From: Plasmodiophora brassicae
Taxonomy: Eukaryota
Assembly (NCBI GenBank): GCA_036867785.1
Contig: CP145417.1
Span: forward strand, 744,001 to 808,000
DNA: 64,000 nucleotides
Reading direction: 5' to 3'
Of this stretch, positions 1 to 11,380 are shown in pieces; positions within the stretch are counted from its first letter, which is position 1; each line of letters opens with the position of its first letter. The position numbers were made by a program, and so were the translations under genes. The notes under the pieces were generated by a model. The model made no database searches. It was not told the DNA's origin and worked only from the letters and a program-made list of their open reading frames with translations.

Positions 1-410
1 AGCTTGGTGATTGACCAGTTGACGTGCACGGTGCGCCACTTGCCGTCGATCAGGCGGTAGACCTGAGTCGAGTTCCAAGGCGTGCCGCATTTCTCTCCCC
101 CTTTCCCATCTGGGACGTAGTTGATCAAGTTGTAGGTGACGATGCCCATATCGCCAGCGTCGTTGACGATCACCTTGGTGTTCAGGAAATCGTTGCGCAC
201 GATGTTGAGCTTGCCTTCGAAGAACTTTCGAAAGTAGGCCTCAACCTGCTGACGGCCTGCCAGCAGCCCGTCGGTCATCGGGTCGAAGTACGTCACGTCG
301 TCACTGTAGATCTCCAAGGCCCCGTCGACATCGCCCTTGTTCCAGCGCTCGTTGATGTAGTTCTCCAAGCCGAGGAGCGTCTCCTTGACCTTCCCTACGT
401 CAGCCTTCAT
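1..410 (-). CDS. SnoaL/NTF2-like (DUF4440-type) domain protein, 3' end runs off window
   Basis: Manual translation from ATG at 410: MKADVGKVKETLLGLENYINERWNKGDVDGALEIYSDDVTYFDP...WNSTQVYRLIDGKWRTVHVNWS. N-terminal 'WNxGD...Y.DDV..FDP' and C-terminal 'YR..DGKW...H..WS' are NTF2/SnoaL hallmarks. Absent from the ORF track because no stop lies in the window. Confidence 0.8.
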   Translation of the reverse strand, partial: MKADVGKVKETLLGLENYINERWNKGDVDGALEIYSDDVTYFDPMTDGLLAGRQQVEAYFRKFFEGKLNIVRNDFLNTKVIVNDAGDMGIVTYNLINYVPDGKGGEKCGTPWNSTQVYRLIDGKWRTVHVNWSITK

Positions 411-1612
411 ATCGTCTGTGATGATCACTGCGTGCACACGTCCAGAAGCCAACGGACGGCGTCGCCCCTGTCGATCGCTTCTGATCTGTTCACGACCGTC
501 GACCAACGACCAAAACCAAAATTAGAAGGTGACTGGGACTGCGCGCATGCCGCGCGAACGGCTGGCGGACTGGGGCTGTCCCGGCTTGGGCGCCCGTGAC
601 AGGAGGTCACGCGCTCACGCGGCGGCAGCCACGCGGCCCACTGTCACGCAGCAACGCGCGAGTCTCGATTGGGCCTCCGTCTCGGAACGCCGCCGCGCCT
701 CCCAGGACGGGCTGCCCCTTGCCCTTCGTTGTCCCGGGCTGAGCCTGAACCAAGTTGCCGCTTATCGAGCTGTGGAAGGTGACTGCAATTTCTCTCGAGG
801 CTGAATGCTCAAAGAAGTGCTGTTTGATCTCTGGTCCGGAGGCACGTGCCCGACGTTGTTACGTACTGCACGTCCGGCCGAAGCAGAACTCAGAATGGCC
901 TCGAGATCGTGGTGCGTCAGAGCGGGAAGGGAGGAGCGGCTGGACCAGGATCACGGGCGTTGACCCAGCTGAAGACAAAGACGTGGCACGGACGATTGTT
1001 CTGTTTAGGTGCTCAGCTGGTCCCCGTTCGCCAAACAGCGTGGCCTCGAAGAACGCCCGCTCAGTAACGGTTCAACAGCGACCAAGGTGAAAGTCCATTC
1101 CCGTCGATGTCAAAACCAGATGGAACGTACACCCCAAATCATATTCCGCATGTCAAATGCCACCTCTTATCGACGTTTGCAGATCGCATCGTTCCTGTCG
1201 ATGTAAGATGTGGGAAAACGCGGACCATCTCTTACATTACCGGCACCAAGCCGCGCCTCCCGACAGGCATCAGCAACCTGGACAGCCATTGATAACCTGA
1301 ACGCAACCGACGGTGCTCGAAATGGCACCGAGCACTTTCGCGCGCCTGGTGCCTGTCTTGGTTGAGAAGATGGTAACTGACAAACAAACGCGAAATCAAC
1401 TGGCAAAGCTCGATTCAGACGTGGACGGCAGTGCTGACACAGGCAATTTGCCAAACCGTGGCATGACGGGCGACGGAAACAGCATCCACCGCCGATGAGT
1501 TTGAAAACGTCGGCCGTTTATATTGAACCGCTACGAGGTGTATCCGTAGCATACTTCGCAAGAGTAAAGCGGCACCCAGTGGGGATTTGTGTAGCATGCT
1601 GGGACCCTCCTC

Positions 1613-1938
1613 CTACTTCTTTGGCGGGGTCTTCCACTGCAGCAGGGCGCGACGCATGCTGGGCGTCAGCGGCCGGGACCCCTGCTCGCTGAAAATACGT
1701 TCGAGCTCCTGAATCTCTTTCAGGTCGAGCAACCTACGCAATCTGGCTTTCTGATCGCGGTCACGCCTGCGGGCCAGCCACGCGTCAGACCCGGTCTGGC
1801 GACGGTGACGTAGCGACCTTACTCATGGCCTCGCTGTATGGTTTCGTTGTACTCGGGCGCTGTCGGATTGACGCGCTTGTACGACAACCGACGTAGGGCC
1901 GTCGTGGGCGTCGCCAGCGCGCGCAACTTGGTGAACAT
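1613..1938 (-). CDS. Small (89 aa) putative mitochondrial protein, 2 exons
   Basis: ATG 1938, GTAAG...GCAG intron 1822-1767, TAG 1615-1613. Protein MFTKLRALATPTTALRRLSYKRVNP...RLRRLLDLKEIQELERIF...RRALLQWKTPPKK has an Arg-rich, acid-free presequence-like N-terminus. Confidence 0.55.
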
Positions 1939-2254
1939 CTTGCCAGTGTGCGCGTGACTTAAATACAGCGTCAGAGTGATCTCCAGGCGGCCGCCGACGT
2001 CCGCTTCCCGGTTGGAGTTAGATGATCGTCGGGTACTCCTGCTCACACATCAACCAACCGTACCCATGGAGTTCTGTGTGCCCAGACGCGCGGATCCCTT
2101 CTGACGGATCTGATGCTGGACTGCTGCACAACGTTCATACCGGCCATGTCGATTGACGGACATCAGCTCCTAGAACCGATCGCAAGCCAGAGACGTCATG
2201 CATACTAGTAATTCGCCGTGTCGGTGCCGACAATCTGTCGCGCCCGAAGGAACC

Positions 2255-2385
2255 CTGTTGCTCGTTTCCGACGTCAATGCTGTTGACGCACAGAGGGAAA
2301 ACACTGTTGGTCGTCGCGGCTGAACCTGGGTTCCCTGAGATCGCGTACCCGGTGTTCCAGCCAGGTGCTGACCCCAACCAGGTCA
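2255..2385 (+). pseudogene. Frameshifted ankyrin-repeat gene fragment
   Basis: LLVSDVNAVDAQ / frameshift / RGKTLLVVAAEPGFPEIAYPVFQPGADPNQ aligns by eye with LLDINARDARGRTPLMVAARCGFGDIAFSLFRRGADPNL of the 8651-10748 ankyrin gene. Confidence 0.65.
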
Positions 2386-2596
2386 TTTCACGGGCAAGAA
2401 TACGTTATCCGATCATGGCGTGTGGGGTGGTGACCTCCTCCACTCCATGTCAACTCCTCTGTGGGCCATACCGTTCGGGGTAATTATGTAGAGGGCCCCT
2501 CCCGCCGCTCCGTTGAACGCCTGTGACTGGGACGGCTCTACAATCGTGAGTGCAGAGAATCGGTTGGCGAGGTGACGACGTTGAACGGCAGTTATA

Positions 2597-3194
2597 ATGA
2601 ATGACGTCGATCGGGTGACAGCTCATTATGAAGCGCGCGACCGGGCAAACGCGGCTAAACTGAAACTGCTCTGCAAACAATACGATGATCACATCAGTAC
2701 GAAACACGACGTCGGCAGCAGCCGACCGCCGAACGCATCCTCCTTATTGTATGCTGTTGCAGGGCAACTTGCCGACGAACTCCAAACCGCAAGACAGGTC
2801 GCTCGCGAAGCTCAGGCGGCTGAGAAGGCTGTAAGACCGCTAGTTATGTCTGAACACGGCTCTCTGACCGCTAATACGTGCCGCGAAGGCAACGGATAAG
2901 AACAACGCCCTGGAAACGAGTCTTCAGGAGATGCAACTCGACTGCAAGGACAAGATCGATGCGGCCATGGCGATGGTCGCAGAGTATCCAACAAGGTTGC
3001 TAAGGGAGCCCCGGGTGGACATCCAGACGTCAACGCCGAAGCGGCCACCATTGCCCGGCTCGAGAAAGACAACATCTGCCTGCGGCGGGACGCCCTGTTC
3101 CACCAAGCCGAATGCAGGCGTCTCCGCGAAGAAAGTCAGACTGCTAAACACATCCTCGGTTCCCCAGACCTTCGCTGACGCACAGTCCAGATGA
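2597..3194 (+). CDS. Hypothetical coiled-coil protein, spliced
   Basis: ORFs 2597-2899 and 2931-3194 join through a GTAAGA intron at about 2831-2888 (…AAEKA|ATDKNNALETSLQEMQLDCK…). Confidence 0.45.
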
Positions 3195-3301
3195 CAGGTT
3201 CAAGCGTATGGAGAAGCGGTCGCGCGCAGCAATGTATGGACGATCGAAGCAAACGGGATAAATGGGACAGTTCTTCTTGTTCATTCACGTGTCGACAACG
3301 A

Positions 3302-5305
3302 CTACGCCGACGACGCGTTCAGGTTCGCAAGCAGTCCATGCAGGGCGACATCATTGGCCATGGTCTCGATATAACTGTTTCCGACCCAGGCCGTCACTGC
3401 AATGCCGTCCAGATCGGTCGTGAACACGAACGACCCCAGTGTCTGTGCAGGCACGGTGCCTTCAGGCAGGTCGCTGATCGGCATCTTCTTCTCCGTGACC
3501 AAATGCTTGAACAGACCAAGCGAGAGACGGGCACGGCGCCGCGTGATGAACGGAAGCATAACATTGACACCGGACTGGGCGACGCGAAACATCGGCACCT
3601 TGTCGTCTTTTCGGCGGACGGCTTCGAAGACGGTCAGGCCGGCGTGATTGACCCGTTCGTAGCCTTCGGCAGCGTCTTTGGCATGCCAGTTGGACAGCAG
3701 GTTGGACACGCCCGAGTTCACGAGATGTATGCGCCGGATAACGGCCATGTTGCCGGATCGGCACCACAGACGGTCGAGCGGGAACTCTGACGACAGACCG
3801 AACGTGTCGACCAGATGGGCAAGTAATTCGCGCTGCTCTGGACAGTCGACGAGCCGGAAGTACCGTTCCGATCCAGTCTTTGGAGCGCCCTTGGCCTTGC
3901 CGCGTCTCTTACGCGCATCCCCTTGCCTTTCCTTGCCGTTATGCTGAGACTCGGAACCGCTCCCGACAGCATCAGCCGACGTGGAATCGTCGCCCATGGC
4001 AGCAACAGCAGGGGCTTCTTGGAACCTGCGAGGGACCTTCGCCGTCGGCGATTTCTCGAGGACGGCGATGAAGAACCCACCAGTGTCCTGATCGTGGGGA
4101 ACCACACGAACGCATCGCTCGAGATGATATCGGCCCAGCTCTTCGGCGGACGGGGGGAACAAGCTCTCGCGTAAATCAGCGTTAGGGGTTTCGACGTGGT
4201 TCATGTCGCGATCGAACACGGTCCAGGTTGAAAGACCGGGGCGACGCGATAGTCCAGGGAGTCGGCTGGAGACGTCGACCAGCGACAGTTCATCGCCATG
4301 GTCGCGTAGCAGTTGTGCGACGACGGCCTCGTTCTCGAGAGGGTTGAAACTGCAGGTCGAGTACACCATGCGACCACCGGGGCGAAGCAGCTGAACGCAT
4401 CGTGAGGCGATCGTGTGCTGCAGCCGATGCAGCGAGATGCCGTTTCCGCTCGACCAGTTCATCCAGATCTTGGTCACCTTCCTCGTCGTCGCGTCGCCTG
4501 TACAAGGCACATCACAGAGGATGCGGTCGTACTGCATGTTGCACAGCGTTGGCAGCCGCTGCGCATCGTAATGCACGACCGTGAAGCAGGGGACATTGAG
4601 TCGGTTCAGCTGATGGACAAGGTTGTTCGCACGCGCGGGAGACGCGTCATTTGCGACGATAAACCCTTCCGGCATTGGAGTCTCCCGCGTCAGCATCTCC
4701 AGCAGCTGCGCCGTCTTGCTTCCAGGTGCCGCACACGCATCAAGAACTGTTGGAGACGTCAATCAAGCATAAGGCGCGATAGAACCACACCGACCTATGT
4801 GCGAGGGTTCGACGTCGAGAAGCAGCGGTGGGATCATGGACACGACCTCCTGACGCGTTATGAACCCATCGTTGTGCAGCGACTGGACCCACTTGTTCAG
4901 AGATTCAAGCTCGGGGTGTTTCTTGATCTGACGTTTCGAGCAGCCAATGTGCCACGCGGATGGGTACCAAGGCAGGAGGCGCGGGGCGCTGATGGCGTCC
5001 TGGCCGTCGAGCGGGACGGCGTTGGCAATCGCGTCGAAATCGCCTCGCTCCAGACGCGACACGAGCGCACCGACCGGCATGTTCCTGTTGAACCGGAACG
5101 AGACGGGCAGCGGCGAATCGCAGCACGCGATGAACGTGTCCCATTCGTCGTCGCGGACGATGCCCTGCGCCTTGTAGTACGCGATGAACTTCTCGCTGAC
5201 CGGAATCTCGGACCATCCGCCCTGGTCGACCTCGGCGACCTTATCCTCGACATCGCGTACCTTGCGCTTCTTGCTCTTGCGCGCGTTCGCCGCCGATCGT
5301 GCCAT
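3302..5305 (-). CDS. NSUN2: tRNA (cytosine-C5)-methyltransferase, NSUN2/Trm4 family
   Basis: ITRQEVVSMIPPLLLDV, VLDACAAPGSKTAQL, DRILCDVPCTGD, VYSTCSFNPLENEAVV, PHDQDTGGFFIAVL motifs; 48-nt GT-AG intron 4794-4747. Confidence 0.95.
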
Positions 5306-5371
5306 ATCAGCGAAGCGGGCAGGTGACGAGCTAGACCAGGGAACTGCGCCCGTGGCCGTCGCGGACTGCGC

Positions 5372-5482
5372 GACTGCCGACTACCTGACTGCCGACTACC
5401 TAACCAGTAAGACTGCCGACTACCTAACCAGTAACATTGCCGACTACCTAACCAGTAAGACTGCCGACTACCTAACCAGTAA
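5372..5482. repeat. 24-bp minisatellite (gactgccgactacctaaccagtaa) x4 plus a 15-bp partial unit
   Basis: Units at 5387, 5411, 5435 (variant cattgcc…) and 5459; truncated unit at 5372. Confidence 0.95.
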
Positions 5483-5855
5483 CCTGCCATTGCTCGCCTC
5501 TTGCTGTTCTAGAACTGATCCCACAGGACGTCATTTCCTGCTGTGTCGCAACCGCTCGGAAGACGCATTTCCCTGGATAACCTGCGCGGGCTCCAGTCGT
5601 GGCGTCCGGAACGACGACAGGCAGACATGCTGGCGTGGGTACCTACCTACACGCGTCATCAGGTGGCGCCTGGATGCGACGCACCACGAGCGCCTTACAC
5701 GTTGCCCATGCTGGCGGTATCTCGCTGAATGAGTGAGGTCACTCTTGGTACGTCCTAGATCTCAGAGCTAAGGTCAGGGGGTTGTGCAGCGCCTTCGTTC
5801 CCGTTGGAAACGCAGGCGAGGGTGTCACCAGGTTTAACGCCCGCTAGCTGCTTTA

Positions 5856-7193
5856 CTACGAGACAGGAGCGTGCAGATATGCTGCAAACGGGACACCAAC
5901 ATCCTTGGCGAGGCATTCGACGGTATCCCGATCGATGTGGCAGACCAGCTTGGTGGTGTCCAGGATAGTGCGGCCGGAATTCGCTGAGAATGTGATAATC
6001 TTGAGATACTTGATTGCAACAAGATCGGCAATCTATAACTTCGTCAGCCCTCCGTTGGGCAAGTGCACATGGTGCGCACGCCAACCTGTGTGTACACGTT
6101 CTCGTTGATTGCGACGTCGGATTTGTCGGTCCTCAGACGGGCCAGAATGCCAAGCATGCGATCGAGGCTGAACTCTCTAGGGCCGCACAGGATCTGGGGC
6201 ATTTTAACAACAGTCTCCTCCCTGTCCCGCCTCCTTCGCTGCTTCCGTTCGTGCCTGAAAATCCTGTCGTCCGTTCCAACTGTACATCGAACGAAACGGT
6301 TAACAGACAACCATGGGAGCACAGCCGTCGATATAGGACCGACTTGGGTTGTACGATGCCAAGAACGACGCCACCAGGATAAACTTCGAGAGTCGGGACA
6401 AGTCAGGTGGATACGTCGTGGACTCGATATGCTTCTGAGGGGTGTAACCAGCGACATCGGCCGCGCTAACGGTATGCGTCCCGGCGTCGAACAGCAAGGG
6501 CTTCAGGTAGCTCTTCAGATTCAGGAGAGCGTGCGTGACGTTCCCATTGGCCTTCGACACCTCCCGCTCGTACACGGGACGCATCAACCCGACGTGATGA
6601 GCGAGTTCATCGATGTCCTGCATATCGGACGCCTTGATCATGTATCGAACTAACTCGTCGCTTGCCTGGCAGCGTTCTGCCAATATCTGCACCAGGTCGT
6701 CTGCCGATAACACGATATCCAGCGTCCTTGAAAACACATCCGTTCGTACATGGCTGATGGCGGCGGATTAAACAATGATGTGCTGACGTACAGTAAACCT
6801 ACATAGGGAAACGTGTCGCGATAACGAGCCTCAGGCCATGTACAGCGGCAGGAGCCTGCACGAGTTTCTCAAGGTCCTTGTCCCCAGGGGCGATGTGTGT
6901 GCAGACGACAGTGACCGCCGACGGCAGACTAACTGGAGCCAGCAAATCACGGACACCTTCACCATGTCAACGTGAGCGACACCCCATAACGCCCAGCAGC
7001 AGGAAATCGGCAAACCGATTCGCTTGCAGACAACCGCGAGGACCTCGTCGGCACTCATGCCACGCCCGGGGACCACGACGACGTCCGCAAACATGTCATC
7101 GGTCCATTGCCCCGTGACGAACACGAGCGTCGGCGACAGTGCATCGTGCAGTAGCTCGTGCAACTGCGACGCCCAGTCGAACCCGGTCGCCAT
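5856..7193 (-). CDS. ORC5: Origin recognition complex subunit 5-like, multi-exon
   Basis: LSRLSKFILVASFLASYNP and GPREFSLDRMLGI…VYTQ|IADLV…KLVC match the ORC5 C-terminal domain. Start at 7193 (MATGFDW) and N-terminal exons are uncertain. Confidence 0.8.
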
Positions 7194-7476
7194 GACGACG
7201 ACGACGACGGCGTCCGCAAAACGGCCTTGCTCCGTATTCGGCGTCCCCGTTGTGCTCCACTCGGCGGCGAGTGCCACCTGCACCCACGCCGACGTGGAAC
7301 CCACACAGATGCAGCGAAGCGAAGACGAGAGGCTGGCCAGCAACTGAAGGGAATCGGCGCACCTATCAAGCGTGACTGGTGTAAGCGCATCGTGCCCCTG
7401 TTGGCGGGCTTTGCTGCTGCTGGAGGTCGCCTGGACGGCGGGGAGCGGGAGGCCAAAAGGCGCGTAGCGGGCGACG

Positions 7477-7938
7477 ATGGTGGTCCTGTACTCCGTGTTT
7501 GTCATCAACCGCGCCGGCGGTCTCATCTACTCGCAGACGATCAAGGCGAGCGCGAACCCGGCCGGATCCAGCCTCAACGACCAGCTGCGCCTGGCGTCGA
7601 CGTTCCACGGCCTGTCGACGATATCGCGGGAGCTGCTGGTCCGCGGCGATCGCGCCAAGGCCGGCGCCGATGACGCCGCCGGCGAAACGGGCGGCATCCA
7701 CACGATCCAGACCGAGCGCGTCAAGCTCCGCGCTATGACAACGCTGACCGGCGTCACATTCGTCGTCGTCGCCGCGGCGAACGCCCCGGATCTAACCGAA
7801 TTCCTTGAACGCCTTTATCGGATCTACGTCGATTACGCGCTGAAGAACCCGTTCTACGAGCTCGACATGCCCATCAAATGCCACTTGTTCGACCACCACC
7901 TTTCCGTACTTATCACTAAGACCACGTCGTCTCCATAA
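7477..7938 (+). CDS. TRAPPC4: TRAPP complex subunit 4 (Trs23/synbindin)
   Basis: LYSVFVINRAGGLIY, NDQLRLASTFHGL, TLTGVTF, YVDYALKNPFYELDMPIKCHLFD. Confidence 0.95.
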   Translation: MVVLYSVFVINRAGGLIYSQTIKASANPAGSSLNDQLRLASTFHGLSTISRELLVRGDRAKAGADDAAGETGGIHTIQTERVKLRAMTTLTGVTFVVVAAANAPDLTEFLERLYRIYVDYALKNPFYELDMPIKCHLFDHHLSVLITKTTSSP

Positions 7939-8019
7939 AAGGGCGGCGTCGAGTGTCGACGATGCGGTCGGGTCCTGAGGTGACCGCTGGGTGCTGTCGT
8001 CCCATGCATCCTGTTAATG

Positions 8020-8345
8020 ACGACGCACATCAGCGCGTTCCTGGCGGACGAGCCACCAGGTCCTCGACGCAATAGCAAGAACGACAGATCAGTCTGCCTG
8101 GGTCCTCCAGCAATCCTCAGTACGATCCTGCCCTGCGCACCGATCGATGTCCAGCAGGGATACATCCTGGATCATGACAGGTCGACCAACTTCGTACCCT
8201 GGATCACCGGGCGGCGATATGCAGCGGCGACTTACAGTTGTCATCAGCCGCATTCACGCAAACACCGCCGACCTGGAGCAGGGCCTTGTTGGTGTCATCT
8301 GATCAGGGTGCGGTTGCCGTCGACTTGTCGTTATGCTTCTTGTAG
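8020..8345 (-). pseudogene. Decayed ankyrin-repeat paralog fragment
   Basis: SDDTNKALLQVGGVCVNAADDNCKSPLHIAAR* and, in another frame, AQGRIVLRIAGGPRQTDLSFLLLRRG…SSARNALM parallel SDDMVKVLLEARANVNVTDNAGDTPLHIAVR and ARGRTPLMVAA…DIAFSLFRRG…SSGKNALM in the adjacent gene; stops and frameshifts present. Confidence 0.65.
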
Positions 8346-8650
8346 GCGTTACCATCAGCACCCAGCCGAACCAGCACAAGGAAGATCGTTTGCAGCCGAG
8401 ACGGCCTTCGCTCGATCGAAGTCAACGACTTGTGGCAGGGAAGAATTTAGGCGACGCGTCGTTCGTGCACGACGTCTTCCGCGTCTGATCGACGAGCCCA
8501 TTGACGCCGCTGGCTGCATCGGAGTCGTTGCCAAGTGTGCTGGACATTGGCGAGAACGAGCTTGCCGTGCTGCCGACATCTTTACCTTGTTTCGTGCCTG
8601 AATCCCCAGTCTCGTACAGTAGGACGTAACATTGTACAGGACACGCGACA

Positions 8651-10748
8651 TCACTTTATTGTTTTAGCAACCTTCTGGGCTCGGCTTCGTAACAGTGCTG
8701 TGATAGCCTCGTCGTTGATGGATTCTGCCAGATCAATGGTTGAGGTTTCAATACGGGCGCCACTATCGACCAGGTACTCAACGACGTCGAGGTAGCCGGT
8801 GGACACCGCCACGGTTAGCAGATCCTGACCCGTGGAGGTTTCCTTCGAATCCCAATCCACGATGAGGCTCTTCGTGATCTCGGCCAACGAGCTTGTGTCC
8901 CGCCTGCGAATGGCGTCTTCGAGCGCGTCCTCGAGGCAGGCGCCCGCATCGCTCAGGAACGCCACCATGTCCGAGCAGGAATCCGATTTCGCCTGGGTGC
9001 ACGCCGCCAAGTACATCAGACTGGTTCCCTTGCTGGACTTCACGTCGCCATCTGCATCGGCACGCACGAGAATCTCAACCATCCATTCCTTGCCAGAAAC
9101 AATGGCCATCTCCAGCGCCGTCATGCTCGACGCATCGCGAGCGTTCAGGTCCTGGGTGGCTCGGGACAGGGCCCATGCCACCCACTTGACAACCAGGGGT
9201 GTCTCCTCGGTCTTCTCGTCGATGAGATTCATTAGCGCATTCTTGCCAGAGGAGTCGGCCAGATTCGGGTCGGCCCCTCGACGAAACAATGAGAAAGCGA
9301 TGTCACCGAACCCGCAGCGGGCAGCAACCATCAAAGGCGTCCTGCCCCGCGCATCACGAGCATTGATGTCTAGCAGAAATCCATCCTGGAACAAGACGTC
9401 GACCGTATTCCTGGCCTTGTTCCGGACGGCGATATGCAGAGGGGTGTCGCCAGCGTTATCAGTCACGTTCACGTTTGCACGCGCCTCCAGCAGGACCTTG
9501 ACCATATCATCGGATTGATTGTGGCATGCGATGTGTAGGGCGGTTGTCGAATCATTGCAGTCCTGCCTCCTGACGGCGTTAACGTCGGCACCGTACCGAA
9601 TCAGTAACCTGCATATCGCGTCAGACAGATCGTGGTCCGCCGCGAAATGAAGCGCCGTCTGCTCCGAGTCGCCGTCCCGCGAGTTCGGATCGGCGCCGTA
9701 CTCCAACAGCTTCTCAATGATTTGTTCGTTCCCCATAGCCAGTGCCGAAACCAGAATCGGCTCACCGAAGCATGCGCACTCGTTCACATCGCAGACGTCG
9801 GCCAGCACATCCACAAGCGACACGTCACCGCGCTCGATCGCCATCTGCAACGGGGGCCGGAAGCGCAGATCGTTGTCGAATACGGACGGATTCTCAACGC
9901 GGCGAACCAGGACGGCAACGGCTTCAGACGAACAGTCTGCGGATGACAGTTCGCTCTGCAAGGCGTCCTCGACGACGCCGTTGCATGCGCTGGGCAGCAG
10001 CCAGTTCAGTATCATATCCATCAGGGCGTAATCCCGACGGAGCCTCGCCCGATCGAATTCGATAAAAGGCGGAGACGCAGAGCTCAGGCGACGCGTCACC
10101 AACACTCGCACGATCATATCAGGGATGCGTCTGCACTGTCGATGATTAGATACGGCGGATGACGGAGGCGTGCTGCAAGCGAGCACCGACCCTTTTCCAG
10201 GATGGCGCCAGATGTCCAGGCACTCCTTGAACGGCTTGCCTCGAGTCTTGTCCACCAGCTCATGGACAATGCCTTCGAACAGGTAGGTTATGTCGAGATA
10301 ATTGGCAGCATGCAGCAGTGCACGCCACTGGCGCTCGGGCGGCTTCGCCTGGCGCAGGTCGTCTATCCACCGGGCCGCGCCGTACCGACCCGTATCGTCC
10401 ATCGATAGGAACGAACCGATCTGCCACCAGCGGCCAATGGTCAGCAGTTCGGTTGTTGGCCCTGTTTGCATGGAATGGAGAGCATACGAGTTTCAGGGTA
10501 CCCTCGTCGGTCGGAACGGTGACTCTGACTGCATCGGGATCTTTGTCAAACATGTTGGTCATCAGACGTGAATGTTGGGCGGCCAGCGCCCCTGGTACAC
10601 GGACGCGCACATCGACCTTCTCCTCGGCAACGATCTCTACGACCTTCGGGGTCGTCGCATTGATGCCGTCCGGTGCAACGAGGCCTTCGCACCCGCCGAG
10701 TGTCACTGGACCGTCCATCGCGTCGTCAACTGCGCGCTCGTGCCGCAC
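8651..10748 (-). CDS. SKP1/BTB-like domain plus ankyrin-repeat protein
   Basis: N-terminal AQHSRLMTNMF…EGTLKL|IGSF…RALLHAANYLDITYLFEGIVHELVDKTRGKP (SKP1-like; intron 10487-10421), then about 10 ankyrin repeats (TALHFAA, TALHIAC, TPLHIAV, TPLMVAA). Start uncertain. Confidence 0.85.
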
Positions 10749-11380
10749 TCTGCAGGTGTGCTGTCCTTCAAGCTTCGAGAGGTTCTGAGCTCTCTGTGAA
10801 TTTCTGCCTGACTTCTCTCCACTGGATGGCCTCCGTGACGGGCTCCGGAAGCCCGCGGTCTACGTCCTACATACCTATTCTTGGAAGCACGCGACTGGGA
10901 CTGGCGGAGACAGGCACAGCAAGCTGACTGATCTTGTCCGTAACGTACAATACGGCAGGTCTCGCTCGCCCAGACGATGGGTCCGACGACGCCATCTGGG
11001 GTTCCATACCATCAATCGCCCGTTATTGGTCGCCGGAGTCTTCATCTGGGCTCGGCGTCGGCAAGCACGCTGCTGCGATGCGCCGATGCCGAGAGATTGC
11101 TGCCTTATCCGGGCACCGCGCGGGCGATAATATCGATGCAGCCCGTTTGATACGACACTGCTGGGCGGAACGTCCTGACGCGTGCTGAGGTGCGCATGCT
11201 CTAATCGCACCGCTGCAGCATATCCAGCGAAGCCTGCTGACGAGGAATCTTAGACGTCGGATCGCCTGTCGACATTGTCGCCTGCATCTACGATGCCGCG
11301 TCACACGATAATTGTGTACATAGTTCGTACATAGGTTACAACGGAGCAGGTCCTGTTCCCTGTATTCAGTTGATACCTGG

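Noticed and set aside
755-1500. Possible small spliced plus-strand gene
   Set aside because: Splice-like sites exist but I could not build a consistent frame or recognise a product.
5372-5482. CRISPR-like array
   Set aside because: Units are contiguous with no unique spacers, no cas genes, eukaryotic context.
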